Assembly: GCA_049852185.1 (NCBI GenBank)
Contig: CP187540.1
From: Methanocaldococcus sp. 28A
GTDB taxonomy: Archaea; AGJL01; Methanococci; Methanococcales; Methanocaldococcaceae
Direction: 5' to 3' (one strand)
Length of the DNA: 64,000 nucleotides
A program made the position numbers and the translations under genes. This document shows, piece after piece, positions 39,948 through 51,119 of this stretch; positions within the stretch are counted from its first letter, which is position 1; every line of letters begins with the position of its first letter. The notes beneath the pieces were generated by a model, which did not search any database, was not told the origin of the DNA, and saw nothing but the letters and a program-made list of their open reading frames with translations.

Positions 39948-42773
39948 ATGGGGGATTTAGGATATGAAGCTTTAAAGATTGGGGCTTTGTTGCATGATAT
40001 TGGAAAACTATTAGAGCGTGCGGAATATACTGGAAAAGAAGAGTTATATAATGATAGTTATGGACATGAAAAAAGTGGTTTAAGATTTTTTAAAGAATAT
40101 ATAGATAAATTTATCACTTCTGAAGAAAAAGAAATTATAAAAGAAATTATTGGAAAACACCATTGTAAAGATGTTGACCAAAATGATATATATGTAAATA
40201 TAGTTAAATTGGCTGATTGGCTTAGTAGTGGAGAAAGAATAAAATATAAAAAAGATAAAGATATTGATGTAAGTAAAAGATATCAAAAGTTATGTTCTAT
40301 TTTTGAAATAATTCCTATAAAGGATGTAGATGGTTTAGATATAGATTATAATAGTGCATACAAGTATGGTCTAATACCTTTAACTGTAGTAAATAATATA
40401 TTTCCAGCTAAAAACAACTGTGAAGGTTCATATAAAACATTAAAAAATAAATTTTGTGAAGATTTTAAAAAAATTATGGAAAAATATAATATAAATACCT
40501 TTGAAGTTTTTTATCAGATACTACAAAAATATACATGGTGTGTTCCTTCTGCAACATATTGGAAAAAGAAATCTGAATATTTACCAGATGTTTCTCTCTA
40601 TGACCACTCAAAAACAACCTGTGCAATTGCTTGCTGTTTATATCAAATGATTGAAAATACTAGTATTGATGAAAACTATATCAAAAATACTTTAAGATAT
40701 TTAAATACTGAAAAAAATAAGATAAAGAAAATAATTGAAAAGTATGAAAAAGAAATAAAAGAAGCGAAAAAATCTGATGATACTAAAAAAATTGAAGAAT
40801 TAACTGAAAAAAAAGTTGATGAAATTAAAGAAGTATTAAATAATGATGTCGAATATGGAAAAAGAGAACTTTTTTCATTAATTCATGGGGATATTTCGGG
40901 AGTGCAAGATTTCATATTTAAAATAGTTTCTAAAGGAGCTGCTAAATCTTTAAAAGGTAGAAGTTTTTATTTGGATTTTTTAACTGAATTATGTGCAAGA
41001 TACGTTGTTAAAGAGTTGAATTTATCTATAGCAAATATTTTATTTTATGGAGGAGGACATTTCTATATTTTAAGCTATAAAGTAGATGATGAAAAATTGG
41101 AAGAGTTTGAAGAAACTATTAACGAGATATTATTCAAAAAGTTTGGAATAGACCTCTATATAGCAATAGGAAAAGTAGATTTAAGACCTATAGACTTTTT
41201 AATAGATTGTATGGATGAAGATGCTGGAATAGGAATTCCTTATAAGTGGAGAGAATGTGCAACAGCAACATCTAAAAAGAAGTTAAGAAAGTTTCATTAT
41301 AAAAAGATGGATTTATTTGAACCTAAGGGGGAGGGAAATGAGAAAAGAATTTGTAATGTTTGTAAAAAGGAAGTAGATGTGAGTGATGAAGATAAAAATA
41401 AAAAAACAGTATATCTATATCTCTTAGATGAAGAAACCAAGGCTTGTGAAGAATGTCAATCATTTAAATGGATAACTGAATTTTTAAAAGATTTTAGTAA
41501 TAATGAAGAGAAAAATTATATTGAAATAATTAAATATAATGAGGAAAAAACATTTCCTGCTAAATTAATAGAAGATACTGGGAAAATTAAAAATATAGAT
41601 AAAAAGATAAAATTTAAGGAGATTCCAGTATTAAAAGAGTTTTTTGAATTATTGGAAGATAATGAAGAATATATTCTTATGGAATACAACCTACCAAACA
41701 AGAATGGAGAACTTACAATACCATACAAAATTTGGAGTATAGCATTTCCTCTCGATGATAATAGGAATATATTAGATTTTAGTGAATTAGCAGAGTTGTC
41801 TAAAAATAGAACTGGCACAAATAAAATAGGAGTATTAAAAATGGATGTTGATAACTTAGGAAAGATAATTACCAAAGGTTTAGGTAATTTAGCAACAATT
41901 TCAAGATTAAGCACGTTAAGTTCTATGCTAACATTGTTCTTTACTGGATACATTCCTTATTTAATTAAAACTGGTGAAGCAGAAACAGTATTTGAAGAAA
42001 ATGGTAAAAAAGCAAGATATGGAGATAACATCTATTTAGTCTATTCTGGAGGAAATGATACTTTAATCGTGGGGGCATGGGATGTAGTTTGGGATTTAGC
42101 AAAGAGAATAAGAGAAGATTTTAGAAAGTTTGTTTGTAATAATCCAAATATAACTCTAAGTGCAGGAATTGTTATTGTTAATCCTAAATTTGAATTTAAA
42201 AAAGCTGTTGAATTGGCTGATGAGGAATTAGATAGAGCAAAAGATAATAAAGAAATAATAAAAATTGGAGTAGAGTTAGAGGAAAAGAACTCTATTTGTA
42301 TATTTAATAGTCCATTAAATTGGAATAGAGTTAAATATTATAGTAAAGAAGAATTAGATAACCAAATAAAAGAAGCTTTAAATAGAAACTTAGAAGAGTT
42401 TGATGAAAGTATTTTAGAAGGATTATTTTTGAATGCTGTTAAGGAATTAGGAAAAAGGAGAATCTTACATATTAGCCAAATAGTTGCAGATAAGTTAAAT
42501 TATGTAGTAAATGAAAGTGATAAAGAGATTTTAAGCATTAATATACCATATTATTGGAGAATTAAATATTATTTATATAGAAATTTCAGAGATAAAGAAA
42601 AATTAAAAGATGAAGTTAAATTTTTAGAGGATTACATTGACAAAAATGTTAGAAAAATGCTAAAATATTATCTATCAAATGATAACCAGAATTCTGAAGA
42701 AGATATTGGTAGATTAACTTTTAATGACTTAAAAATTGCTGCAAAAATTGTTGAATTGAAAACGAGAAGGTGA
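39948..42773 (+). CDS. cas10: Type III-A Cas10/Csm1 (HD domain intact, Palm2 motif GGND)
   Basis: LLHDIGK, DVSLYDH, GDISGVQDFI, LKGRSF, YGGGHF, CNVC..CEEC, KMDVDNLG, YSGGND. Confidence 0.96.
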   Translation: MGDLGYEALKIGALLHDIGKLLERAEYTGKEELYNDSYGHEKSGLRFFKEYIDKFITSEEKEIIKEIIGKHHCKDVDQNDIYVNIVKLADWLSSGERIKYKKDKDIDVSKRYQKLCSIFEIIPIKDVDGLDIDYNSAYKYGLIPLTVVNNIFPAKNNCEGSYKTLKNKFCEDFKKIMEKYNINTFEVFYQILQKYTWCVPSATYWKKKSEYLPDVSLYDHSKTTCAIACCLYQMIENTSIDENYIKNTLRYLNTEKNKIKKIIEKYEKEIKEAKKSDDTKKIEELTEKKVDEIKEVLNNDVEYGKRELFSLIHGDISGVQDFIFKIVSKGAAKSLKGRSFYLDFLTELCARYVVKELNLSIANILFYGGGHFYILSYKVDDEKLEEFEETINEILFKKFGIDLYIAIGKVDLRPIDFLIDCMDEDAGIGIPYKWRECATATSKKKLRKFHYKKMDLFEPKGEGNEKRICNVCKKEVDVSDEDKNKKTVYLYLLDEETKACEECQSFKWITEFLKDFSNNEEKNYIEIIKYNEEKTFPAKLIEDTGKIKNIDKKIKFKEIPVLKEFFELLEDNEEYILMEYNLPNKNGELTIPYKIWSIAFPLDDNRNILDFSELAELSKNRTGTNKIGVLKMDVDNLGKIITKGLGNLATISRLSTLSSMLTLFFTGYIPYLIKTGEAETVFEENGKKARYGDNIYLVYSGGNDTLIVGAWDVVWDLAKRIREDFRKFVCNNPNITLSAGIVIVNPKFEFKKAVELADEELDRAKDNKEIIKIGVELEEKNSICIFNSPLNWNRVKYYSKEELDNQIKEALNRNLEEFDESILEGLFLNAVKELGKRRILHISQIVADKLNYVVNESDKEILSINIPYYWRIKYYLYRNFRDKEKLKDEVKFLEDYIDKNVRKMLKYYLSNDNQNSEEDIGRLTFNDLKIAAKIVELKTRR

Positions 42774-42782
42774 GGTGAGATT

Positions 42783-43430
42783 ATGAATGAAAAATATATA
42801 GATAACATCTTAAAATGGGAAAATGAAAAGAATATAATAATTTCTGCAAGTAAAATAAAAGACGATAATTTTAACAAATTTTATAATTGTGTCATTAAAT
42901 CTACTATTCAAGATGTTAAAAAATGTAAAAATACTACAAAAAATAAGGATTTGCATAAGATTATAGACAAAATAGGGTTGGATAATGATAAATTAGAGAA
43001 TTTTAAAGAATTCGTAGAATTATTAAAATTTTTTCATGAAAAATCAGGGATATATTCAACTAAATGGATGGATATGGTTTTAGAGATTAATAGTGATAAT
43101 GTTGCTGATGTTATTAGATATGCGAAGATTTTGGCATTTGAATTTGGAAATATTCCTTCATCAAAATTTAGAAAGTTTTATGACTATGTGCTAAAAGTTT
43201 ATGAAAATAAGGATAAAAATAATTGGTATGTTGAGTTATATGGATTAAAATTATTTATTGCATACAATATTGGAAAAGAAACTGGAAAAGATAAAAAAGA
43301 AGCATTAAGAAAATTTTCTAAAATTTTTGAAAAATTAATAGACAAAATTGATGGGAATGAAGAAAAATTCACTAATTTTAAAAAATTTTTTGAAGCAGTT
43401 GTAGCTTATCATAGGGCATATAACGATTAA
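42783..43430 (+). CDS. csm2: Csm2 small subunit with N-terminal extension
   Basis: SKFRKFYD and FFEAVVAYH; lies directly after cas10. Confidence 0.88.
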   Translation: MNEKYIDNILKWENEKNIIISASKIKDDNFNKFYNCVIKSTIQDVKKCKNTTKNKDLHKIIDKIGLDNDKLENFKEFVELLKFFHEKSGIYSTKWMDMVLEINSDNVADVIRYAKILAFEFGNIPSSKFRKFYDYVLKVYENKDKNNWYVELYGLKLFIAYNIGKETGKDKKEALRKFSKIFEKLIDKIDGNEEKFTNFKKFFEAVVAYHRAYND

Positions 43431-43457
43431 ATTTTAACACATAATTGAGGTGAAAAT

Positions 43458-44564
43458 ATGGAACTTCCTACCTTAAAAGGAAAATTAATAATTTCAGGAT
43501 ATATAAAAACTGAGACAGGACTACGTATTGGGGGAATCTCAGAAACTCTAAAAATTGGAGGAGTAGATATTCAAGTTATTAAAGATTCTTTAGGTAGAGC
43601 ATATATTCCAGGTAGTTCTTTGAAAGGAAAAATTAGAAGTTTATTAGAAATTACAGAAGGGAATTATACTATAGACATACAATTAAAAAAAGATATCAAT
43701 AAAAATACAAATGTTGAAATAACCATAAAAAATGACGAAATTGAGAAGAAAAATGATGAAATTAAAAGGAAAGTAGTTATTACATCGAAATTTAATTCAA
43801 AGGATAAAAAGGATAATTCACTGAATTTTATAAAAAATGAAGAGATGAACAAACTTTGGGACATCCTTAAAGAATATGGTTTTGAAAAAACTACAGAAGA
43901 TTCTAAAGAAGATTCTAATAAAGTAACTTTTGAGAGAGAATGGGATAAGAATATTATAGAAGATTTAGAAAAGATAATAGATAAATTGAAAAAAAATAAT
44001 TTTAATGTAGAGAAAAAATCGGCTATGCCTTGTAGTTGTGGATTTTGTGAAATTTGTAAATTATTTGGACCTCATAACTCAAAAAATATCATATATCCAA
44101 GAAGAGTTATAGTTAGAGATGCATTTTTAATAAATGAGAAAACTAACGAACCTTTAACAAAAAAAGATGAAGATTATTTTGAAGTGAAGCCAGAAAATGT
44201 TATCGACAGGATAAAAGGAACTGCTCAACATCCAAGACAAATTGAAAGAGTTAGAAAAGATAGTAAATTTGGTTTTGAAGTTATTTTTAATTTATATGAT
44301 GGAGAGAAGGATATTAATTTAATTAAAAAATTAATTGAAGGTATGAAACTTTTAGAAGATGATTATTTAGGGGGTTGTGGTTCAAGAGGTTATGGAAAAA
44401 TTAAGTTTGATAAAATGAATGTTATATACAAACCTATTGAGTATTATGAAGGAAATATTTCTCAAGAAGATGTAAATAATTATAAAAAGAATAATATTGG
44501 AACATTAGAGGATTTACAAAATGAAATTGAAGGGTTGTTAAAAAAAGAACCTAAACAGGGATAA
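43458..44564 (+). CDS. csm3: Csm3 backbone RNase (Cas7 RAMP) with large insertion
   Basis: TGLRIGG, IGGVD, YIPGSSLKGKIR, CxCxxCxxC, ENVIDR, RQIERV, LGGCGSRGYG. Confidence 0.95.
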   Translation: MELPTLKGKLIISGYIKTETGLRIGGISETLKIGGVDIQVIKDSLGRAYIPGSSLKGKIRSLLEITEGNYTIDIQLKKDINKNTNVEITIKNDEIEKKNDEIKRKVVITSKFNSKDKKDNSLNFIKNEEMNKLWDILKEYGFEKTTEDSKEDSNKVTFEREWDKNIIEDLEKIIDKLKKNNFNVEKKSAMPCSCGFCEICKLFGPHNSKNIIYPRRVIVRDAFLINEKTNEPLTKKDEDYFEVKPENVIDRIKGTAQHPRQIERVRKDSKFGFEVIFNLYDGEKDINLIKKLIEGMKLLEDDYLGGCGSRGYGKIKFDKMNVIYKPIEYYEGNISQEDVNNYKKNNIGTLEDLQNEIEGLLKKEPKQG

Positions 44565-44565
44565 A

Positions 44566-45648
44566 ATGAATAGGTTAATAGTAAAACTAATTCCTGGTGA
44601 AAACGATAAATATCACTTTGGGGAGGGATATTTAACAGATTCAAATATAATTTTTCATTCACATAGTTTATTCTCTGCAATTATAAACAATTTTATTAAA
44701 ATTTATGGTGAAGAAGAATTAATCAAAATAATAGACGATATTAAAAATATTAAACTTTCCTCATTATTGCCAGCAATATATAAGGTAGTAAATGGAGAAA
44801 TAGAGGATTTTATATATTTCCTTCCAAAGCCTGCAACATTCTTAGGATTTGATAAAGAAGAACAAAAAAAAGTTGATAAAAAACCAAAAGACATAAAAAA
44901 AGTTCAATTTATCTCTGTAAATGCTCTAAAATCCCACAATAAAAAAGAATTAAAGAAATTAATATTAGGAAAAAAGTTTTTAGTTGAAAAAAATGAATAT
45001 GAAGAAATTAAAAATTATGGAAATCCAAAGAATATAAATTTATTTGAATCATTTATTGAGCAAAAAGTAGCTATTGATAGAATAAAGCAAATTACATTGG
45101 AAGAGGGTAAAGGACAGTTGTATAGTGTTGGCTATATAAAGCCATTAGTTAGTATTGAAAATAACAATGGCATAATTTCTGGATTTTACTTTCTTTTAGA
45201 GTTTGATAAAAATAATAAATCAATAAATAAGATTAAAAGCGCCATAAAATTAATAGAAGATGAAGGCTTGGGTGGAGAAAGAAGCACAGGCGCAGGATTA
45301 TTTAAAAAAATTATTATAGGGGAACTTCCAAAAAATTTTGAAGAATTATTTAAAAATAAAGATAAAATAGAAACAAATATGGCTATTTCTATAACAATAC
45401 CAAAAAATGAGCATGAATTTGAGAAAATTGTCTCTTATCAATTAATGAAAATTGGGGGTTATGTATATTCTCCATATACTTTAACTAAGGCAAAAAAGTA
45501 TATTTATGCTATAAAAGAGGGAGCAATAATCAGAGGAGAGATTGAAGGTAAAACAGAGAATCTTAGCCCAAAAAATTATAAGCATGAGGTTTTAGTAAAT
45601 GGAAAACCGATATTAATTCCTACTAAATATTATGATAATGGGGGATAA
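44566..45648 (+). CDS. csm4: Csm4 (Cas5 RAMP)
   Basis: YHFGE, HSHSLFSA, KVAIDR, GLGGERSTGAG. Confidence 0.93.
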   Translation: MNRLIVKLIPGENDKYHFGEGYLTDSNIIFHSHSLFSAIINNFIKIYGEEELIKIIDDIKNIKLSSLLPAIYKVVNGEIEDFIYFLPKPATFLGFDKEEQKKVDKKPKDIKKVQFISVNALKSHNKKELKKLILGKKFLVEKNEYEEIKNYGNPKNINLFESFIEQKVAIDRIKQITLEEGKGQLYSVGYIKPLVSIENNNGIISGFYFLLEFDKNNKSINKIKSAIKLIEDEGLGGERSTGAGLFKKIIIGELPKNFEELFKNKDKIETNMAISITIPKNEHEFEKIVSYQLMKIGGYVYSPYTLTKAKKYIYAIKEGAIIRGEIEGKTENLSPKNYKHEVLVNGKPILIPTKYYDNGG

Positions 45649-45650
45649 TA

Positions 45651-46772
45651 ATGGAGACAAAAAATTTAACAATTGAAACTCTCTCACCAGTTTTTATTGG
45701 GAATGGAGAGGTTTATTCGAAGTTTGATTATACTTCTAAATTCACAAACGGCGATGTGATAATTACTATCTACGATGAAGATAAAATAATCAACGACTTA
45801 CCGACATATTTTAATGAAGATGAAATATTTCAAATATTAGATGAAATTAAGAAAGAATTAAAGGAAAATCAAAATTTTGAGATTGTAACATACTTAAAAG
45901 GAAAAAATAAAAAGATTCTTTTTAAAAACTATAAAATTAAAGAATACCGTACAAAAATTAGACAACTATTATCTAAAAAAGATATATTACAATTTGTTCA
46001 TCAAAATTTCATGCCATATATTCCTGGAAGTTCAATAAAAGGGGCAATTAATACTGCTTTATTATATAATAAGCTAAAAAATTTTAGTAAGGAGGATTTT
46101 GAAAACTTAATTAAGTCAGATTCTTTAACTCCTAATAAAAAATATAATAATGAACTAATCAATGTCTCTAATTATAATGAAAGATACTATATTTTTGATA
46201 GCTTTTTTAATGAGAATATGTTAGACCTTTTTATGGCTCAAAGGTTCTATGTGTATCATATAAATAAAAATAAAATAGGAACTTTTAATAAAAATGCAAC
46301 AAACTATATTGAAGGCATAAAACCATATCAAAAGATTGAATTAGAAATTAAATGTTCCAATGAAAAGTTTGATGAAATTAAAAATTCCTGTAATGAATTG
46401 TCTTTAAAAATTTGTGAATGGGAATTAGAAATGTTGAATAAATATAAAAATTTCTGGAAAGATGATAAAGTTTATAAAGATTTGACAAATTTCTACATTA
46501 AATTAAAAAAAGATATTGAAAATAATTCCAATAATACAATATTTATTAACATAGGATGGGGAGGGGGCTGTTTACCTAAAACCATCTATATTCTATCAAA
46601 AGAAAAGAAAATTGATTTTAATTTACTAAAGAGTAAATTAAATACTAAATATAAAAATAAAATAACCTCATATGAAGAATTTCCATTTACAAGAACAATT
46701 ACAAAATACTACAATCCAAAAGAAAGGAAATTAAAAAATTATCCATTAGGTTGGATAAAAATTGAGGGATAA
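45651..46772 (+). CDS. csm5: Csm5 (Cas7 RAMP)
   Basis: LSPVFIGNG, YIPGSSIKGA, IGWGGG, PLGW. Confidence 0.92.
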   Translation: METKNLTIETLSPVFIGNGEVYSKFDYTSKFTNGDVIITIYDEDKIINDLPTYFNEDEIFQILDEIKKELKENQNFEIVTYLKGKNKKILFKNYKIKEYRTKIRQLLSKKDILQFVHQNFMPYIPGSSIKGAINTALLYNKLKNFSKEDFENLIKSDSLTPNKKYNNELINVSNYNERYYIFDSFFNENMLDLFMAQRFYVYHINKNKIGTFNKNATNYIEGIKPYQKIELEIKCSNEKFDEIKNSCNELSLKICEWELEMLNKYKNFWKDDKVYKDLTNFYIKLKKDIENNSNNTIFINIGWGGGCLPKTIYILSKEKKIDFNLLKSKLNTKYKNKITSYEEFPFTRTITKYYNPKERKLKNYPLGWIKIEG

Positions 46773-46773
46773 A

Positions 46774-48150
46774 ATGGAAAGGAAAGTTTTATTTTTAGCA
46801 AATGTTGGAAATAGTGATTTAGGAAAGGATGAAAAATCAATATTTAATCCAAGAGAACATAATATATTTGAAGAAAGCAAAAAATTATATGAAAGTGGGG
46901 AATTTTATCACTTAGAGCCAATATTATTAAAAAAGAAAATAGAAATGCTCAATAATCCAATAAATGATTTAGAGATAGTTCTATTTGCCACACTCCAAGA
47001 AGATGAAAATCCACAAGACACATATTATATTGCAAAGATTATAAAAGAACTTATATCTAAAGAGTATCCAAATCTAAAAGATAAAATAAAAATTGAAAAA
47101 GTTTCACGAAATCCATCTGATTATAATGAAATGATTGAATACTATGCTAAAAAACTTAACAGTTTTGATGATAACTACTATAGAGTGTATTTAGGTATTA
47201 CTGGAGGAACTCCAGCACAGATTAGTAGTTTGATTATAAATGGTGTATTGAAATGGGAAGAAAAAACAAGAACTTTATATAAACCAAGAGGAAAAGAACC
47301 TAAAGAAGATAAAATTGGAGAAAAAATATTCAAAATCTTAAAATCCAAAGAATTTGAAGCTTTAAAAAAATCTTATTTATATGATTTAGCTGCAGAATTA
47401 ATGAAAAAGTATGAATTATCAGAGAATTGGAAATGTGAATATCATTACCTAAAAGGTTTGCACCATAAAAAGCTATTTAACTTTAAAAGAGCTATTGATG
47501 AATTTAATCATGCTTTAAAATATGCAGGTTTAGAAGATGAAAATAGAATTCTTAATGAACTCAATAAATTAGAAAAATTATTAGAAGAACCTAAAGATTT
47601 AGATGATAGAATAGAGAAATATCCTTTATTAATTGATTTACTAATAGATAACGCCATTATGAAATGGGAAAGCGGAGAATATGTTGATTTTGTTGGAAGA
47701 ATTTTTAGAATTAGGGAGGCATTATTAAGATACATATTTGAAAAAGAATTTAGGATATCAACAGAACCTACAAAAATAAAAGAATATGGAAAATTAATTA
47801 ATAAATATGTAGAGTTTGAGAAATTTTTAGATGAAAATCCTAAATTGGTGGAATATTTAAAAGGAAATGGATGGAATGAAAGGAAAGAGATTAATTTGAA
47901 GGTGTTAAGATGGATTTATGAATATTACTTACAGAGTAATAAAGCTTTTGCAAAAAAATATGGGTTCATTAAAGGGTTTGATGACAAATTAGAAAAATTA
48001 TCCGAATTAAGAAATAAATCAATAATTGCTCATGGATTTGAAGGAATATCTAAAGAGGATATTGTTAAGTTGTATAATAAAAATAAGAATAATGAAAATG
48101 AAATAATTGAAGATTTAAACAAATTAAAGAATTTAATATCTAAGTGGTAA
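46774..48150 (+). CDS. CARF-HEPN effector, Csm6-like (copy 1)
   Basis: N-terminal Rossmann-like VGNSD ... TQ ... DT ... GITGGTPAQ; helical middle; HEPN RNKSIIAH. Confidence 0.8.
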   Translation: MERKVLFLANVGNSDLGKDEKSIFNPREHNIFEESKKLYESGEFYHLEPILLKKKIEMLNNPINDLEIVLFATLQEDENPQDTYYIAKIIKELISKEYPNLKDKIKIEKVSRNPSDYNEMIEYYAKKLNSFDDNYYRVYLGITGGTPAQISSLIINGVLKWEEKTRTLYKPRGKEPKEDKIGEKIFKILKSKEFEALKKSYLYDLAAELMKKYELSENWKCEYHYLKGLHHKKLFNFKRAIDEFNHALKYAGLEDENRILNELNKLEKLLEEPKDLDDRIEKYPLLIDLLIDNAIMKWESGEYVDFVGRIFRIREALLRYIFEKEFRISTEPTKIKEYGKLINKYVEFEKFLDENPKLVEYLKGNGWNERKEINLKVLRWIYEYYLQSNKAFAKKYGFIKGFDDKLEKLSELRNKSIIAHGFEGISKEDIVKLYNKNKNNENEIIEDLNKLKNLISKW

Positions 48151-48152
48151 AT

Positions 48153-49688
48153 ATGAAAGTAGCATTAATTTGTACTTTGGGAAATAGAGATATTCAATTT
48201 AAAAAAGAGTATAAAGAGGAATTAAAAGAAATATTGAAGGATATAATTGACTATGAGAGTAAAGACAGCGACTCTGTAGGATTTACTATTAAAAGAGATA
48301 ATTTTTTAAAAAATACAAAAATGATATTAGATAATTATGAAAAAGTAAAAAAATACTTTATACTCCCAATTATTGATACAGCTATAAATTATATTCAAAG
48401 TGAATTAAATGGAAACTTAAAAAAAATTATATTAGTTCCAACAAATCAGCAAGATGAAAAAGATGTTAAAGATAACCACAAAAAGAGTGATACATTTAAT
48501 GAAGCAAAGATTATTGAAAAACTTTCAAAAGAAAAAGGCTTTCAAGTTGAAATAAAAGAAGCCAAATTTAATGCATCAAAAGTAGAAAATTGGTTTAATC
48601 TCTTTATTAATATTCTTAATGATAACTACGATAAGTTTGATAAGTTAGTATTTAGTATTAGTCCAGGAGTCCCACAAAGTAGGGAAGGAGTAAGGTTAGC
48701 AACATTATTTAAAGATAAATGTGAGGTTATAGAGATCAGTGGGGGAAGAGTTACTTCTGATAATATGAAATCATATGAAAAACAGATTATCAAAGAAAAA
48801 ATAAAAGATTTGATTAAAAATTATAATTACACAGGTGCTTTAGAGTTTAATAATTATCTAACAGAAGAAATTATAAATACTCTTAAATATTTAAACTATC
48901 GTTTAAATTTTAACTTTGAAAGTGCTAATAAAATAGCAAATAATAACAAAATCGTTAAAAAATATAATAGTATGTTAGAAAATATAAAGAATGAGAAAAA
49001 TACAATAAAAAAATTAGAATATCTAATTTTAGAACTTTTAGACAATATGGAGATTGAATTAAAAAAAGAGGAATACACAAACTTTTTAGCAAGAGTTTAT
49101 AGGTTGGAAGAGGCTGTAGGACAATATTTAGTTTTGAAATATTTAAAGGAAAATGATTATACAATAAAATATAAATATAATAAATATAATAAAGAAAAAT
49201 CTTTCAAAAGAAAATCTGATGAGATAGATATTGAAAACGATGTAGGAATTAATAAAATATTATCCTGCTATTTTAATAGAATATTAAAAACATGCTATGA
49301 TGACAAAGAAATCGAGTTACAGAAAAAACTAAAATTAATTATAGACAAAAATAACAAAAAATACAAATTTACAGATAACTTAAATACAAACAATTATAAA
49401 GACCTAATTAATATTTTATGTAATAAATATGAAAATGAATTAGTTGAATCAATATCTAAAATCTATAAAAAACCTAATAATAGAAATTTAAGACATACAA
49501 CAATAGTTGCTCATGGATTTAGAGGAGTTTCAAAAGAGGATATTGAAGATGGTTTAAATAAAGATATTAATGACTTTTTTAAAGAAGAAGTTAAAAATAG
49601 AATCTATAATATTATTGGAAAAGATTTAGAAGAAAATATTTTTAACAAAATAAATCATGAAATTATAGATATTTTAAATAAAACTTGA
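48153..49688 (+). CDS. CARF-HEPN effector, Csm6-like (copy 2, divergent)
   Basis: LGNRD ... PTNQ ... SDT ... SISPGVPQ; [12 protein letters not shown]. Confidence 0.78.
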   Translation: MKVALICTLGNRDIQFKKEYKEELKEILKDIIDYESKDSDSVGFTIKRDNFLKNTKMILDNYEKVKKYFILPIIDTAINYIQSELNGNLKKIILVPTNQQDEKDVKDNHKKSDTFNEAKIIEKLSKEKGFQVEIKEAKFNASKVENWFNLFINILNDNYDKFDKLVFSISPGVPQSREGVRLATLFKDKCEVIEISGGRVTSDNMKSYEKQIIKEKIKDLIKNYNYTGALEFNNYLTEEIINTLKYLNYRLNFNFESANKIANNNKIVKKYNSMLENIKNEKNTIKKLEYLILELLDNMEIELKKEEYTNFLARVYRLEEAVGQYLVLKYLKENDYTIKYKYNKYNKEKSFKRKSDEIDIENDVGINKILSCYFNRILKTCYDDKEIELQKKLKLIIDKNNKKYKFTDNLNTNNYKDLINILCNKYENELVESISKIYKKPNNRNLRHTTIVAHGFRGVSKEDIEDGLNKDINDFFKEEVKNRIYNIIGKDLEENIFNKINHEIIDILNKT

Positions 49689-49695
49689 AAATGTA

Positions 49696-51081
49696 GTGAT
49701 AAACATGTTCAGACCAGAAGAAATTATAGAAACAATTAAAATGATTAAGATGGAAAACTTAGATTTAAGGACTGTAACATTAGGAATAAGCTTAAGAGAC
49801 TGTGTTTCAAAAGATTTAGATGAGTTGAAAGAAAATATATACAACAAAATAACTTCTTCAGCTGAAAATTTGGTAGAAACTGCCAATAAAATTTCAGAAA
49901 AATATGGAATTCCAATAGTAAATAAAAGGATAGCTGTTACACCAATATCATTAGTTATTGGAGGAACTATAAGAGATTTAGATAAAGAAGAAAAGATAAA
50001 AGCTTGTGTTGAGGTTGGAGAGGTTTTAGATAAAGCTGCTAAGAAAGTTAAAGTGGATTTTTTAGGAGGATATTCAGCTTTAGTTCATAAGGATGAAACA
50101 AAAGAGGATATTGCCTTAATTGACTCTATCCCATTTATGATGGAGAAGACAGAGAGAGTTTGCTCTTCAGTAAATGTTGCGTCAACAAAAACTGGAATTA
50201 ATATGGATGCAGTTAAAAGAATGGGAGAGATTATTAAAGAGACAGCATTTAGAACAGAAAAAGCAATAGGATGTGCTAAGCTTGTGGTTTTTGCCAACGC
50301 TCCTGAAGACAACCCATTCATGGCTGGGGCATTCCATGGAGTTGGTGAAGGAGATAAGGTTATAAATGTTGGAGTTTCAGGTCCGGGAGTTGTTAGAGCA
50401 GTTGTTGAAAAACTACCAGATGCAGATTTTGGAACTTTAGCAAATGAAATTAAAAAAGTGGCATTTAAAATAACCAGAGTTGGAGAATTGGTTGGAAGGG
50501 AAGTTTCTAAGGAGTTGGGAGTTAAATTTGGGGTTGTAGATTTATCTTTAGCTCCAACTCCTGCAAGAGGGGATAGCATAGCTAACATCTTAGAAGCAAT
50601 GGGCTTAGAGAAGTGTGGAACACATGGTTCAACAGCTGCTTTGGCTTTATTAAATGATGCTGTTAAAAAAGGAGGGGCAATGGCTGCAAGTTATGTTGGA
50701 GGATTGAGTGGAGCATTCATCCCAGTAAGTGAAGATAGTGGAATGGTTGATGCTGTAAAGGCAGGAGCATTAAGTTTAGAAAAATTAGAGGCAATGACTT
50801 GTGTTTGCTCAGTAGGAATAGATATGGTTGCCATTCCAGGAGATACTCCTGCATCAACAATTTCTGCAATAATAGCAGATGAAATGGCTATTGGTGTTAT
50901 AAACAATAAAACCACTGCTGTAAGAATCATTCCAGTTCCAGGTAAAAAAGAGGGAGAAGAGGTAGATTATGGAGGTTTGTTAGGGAGAGCTCCAATTATG
51001 AAAGTTAGTAAATATTCATCTGAGAAGTTTATTAAGAGAGGTGGGAGAATTCCAGCACCATTGCAGGCACTAACTAACTAA
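49696..51081 (+). CDS. UPF0210 / PFL-like family protein
   Basis: [42 protein letters not shown]. Confidence 0.9.
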   Translation: MINMFRPEEIIETIKMIKMENLDLRTVTLGISLRDCVSKDLDELKENIYNKITSSAENLVETANKISEKYGIPIVNKRIAVTPISLVIGGTIRDLDKEEKIKACVEVGEVLDKAAKKVKVDFLGGYSALVHKDETKEDIALIDSIPFMMEKTERVCSSVNVASTKTGINMDAVKRMGEIIKETAFRTEKAIGCAKLVVFANAPEDNPFMAGAFHGVGEGDKVINVGVSGPGVVRAVVEKLPDADFGTLANEIKKVAFKITRVGELVGREVSKELGVKFGVVDLSLAPTPARGDSIANILEAMGLEKCGTHGSTAALALLNDAVKKGGAMAASYVGGLSGAFIPVSEDSGMVDAVKAGALSLEKLEAMTCVCSVGIDMVAIPGDTPASTISAIIADEMAIGVINNKTTAVRIIPVPGKKEGEEVDYGGLLGRAPIMKVSKYSSEKFIKRGGRIPAPLQALTN

Positions 51082-51119
51082 AATACTTAGTAAATTTAAT
51101 TAGAAATTTATTTTTGAAA

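Noticed and set aside
43662-44027. Csm3 insertion as a mini-intein
   Set aside because: No N-terminal Cys/Ser block A, no TxxH, and no terminal HN-C/S/T.
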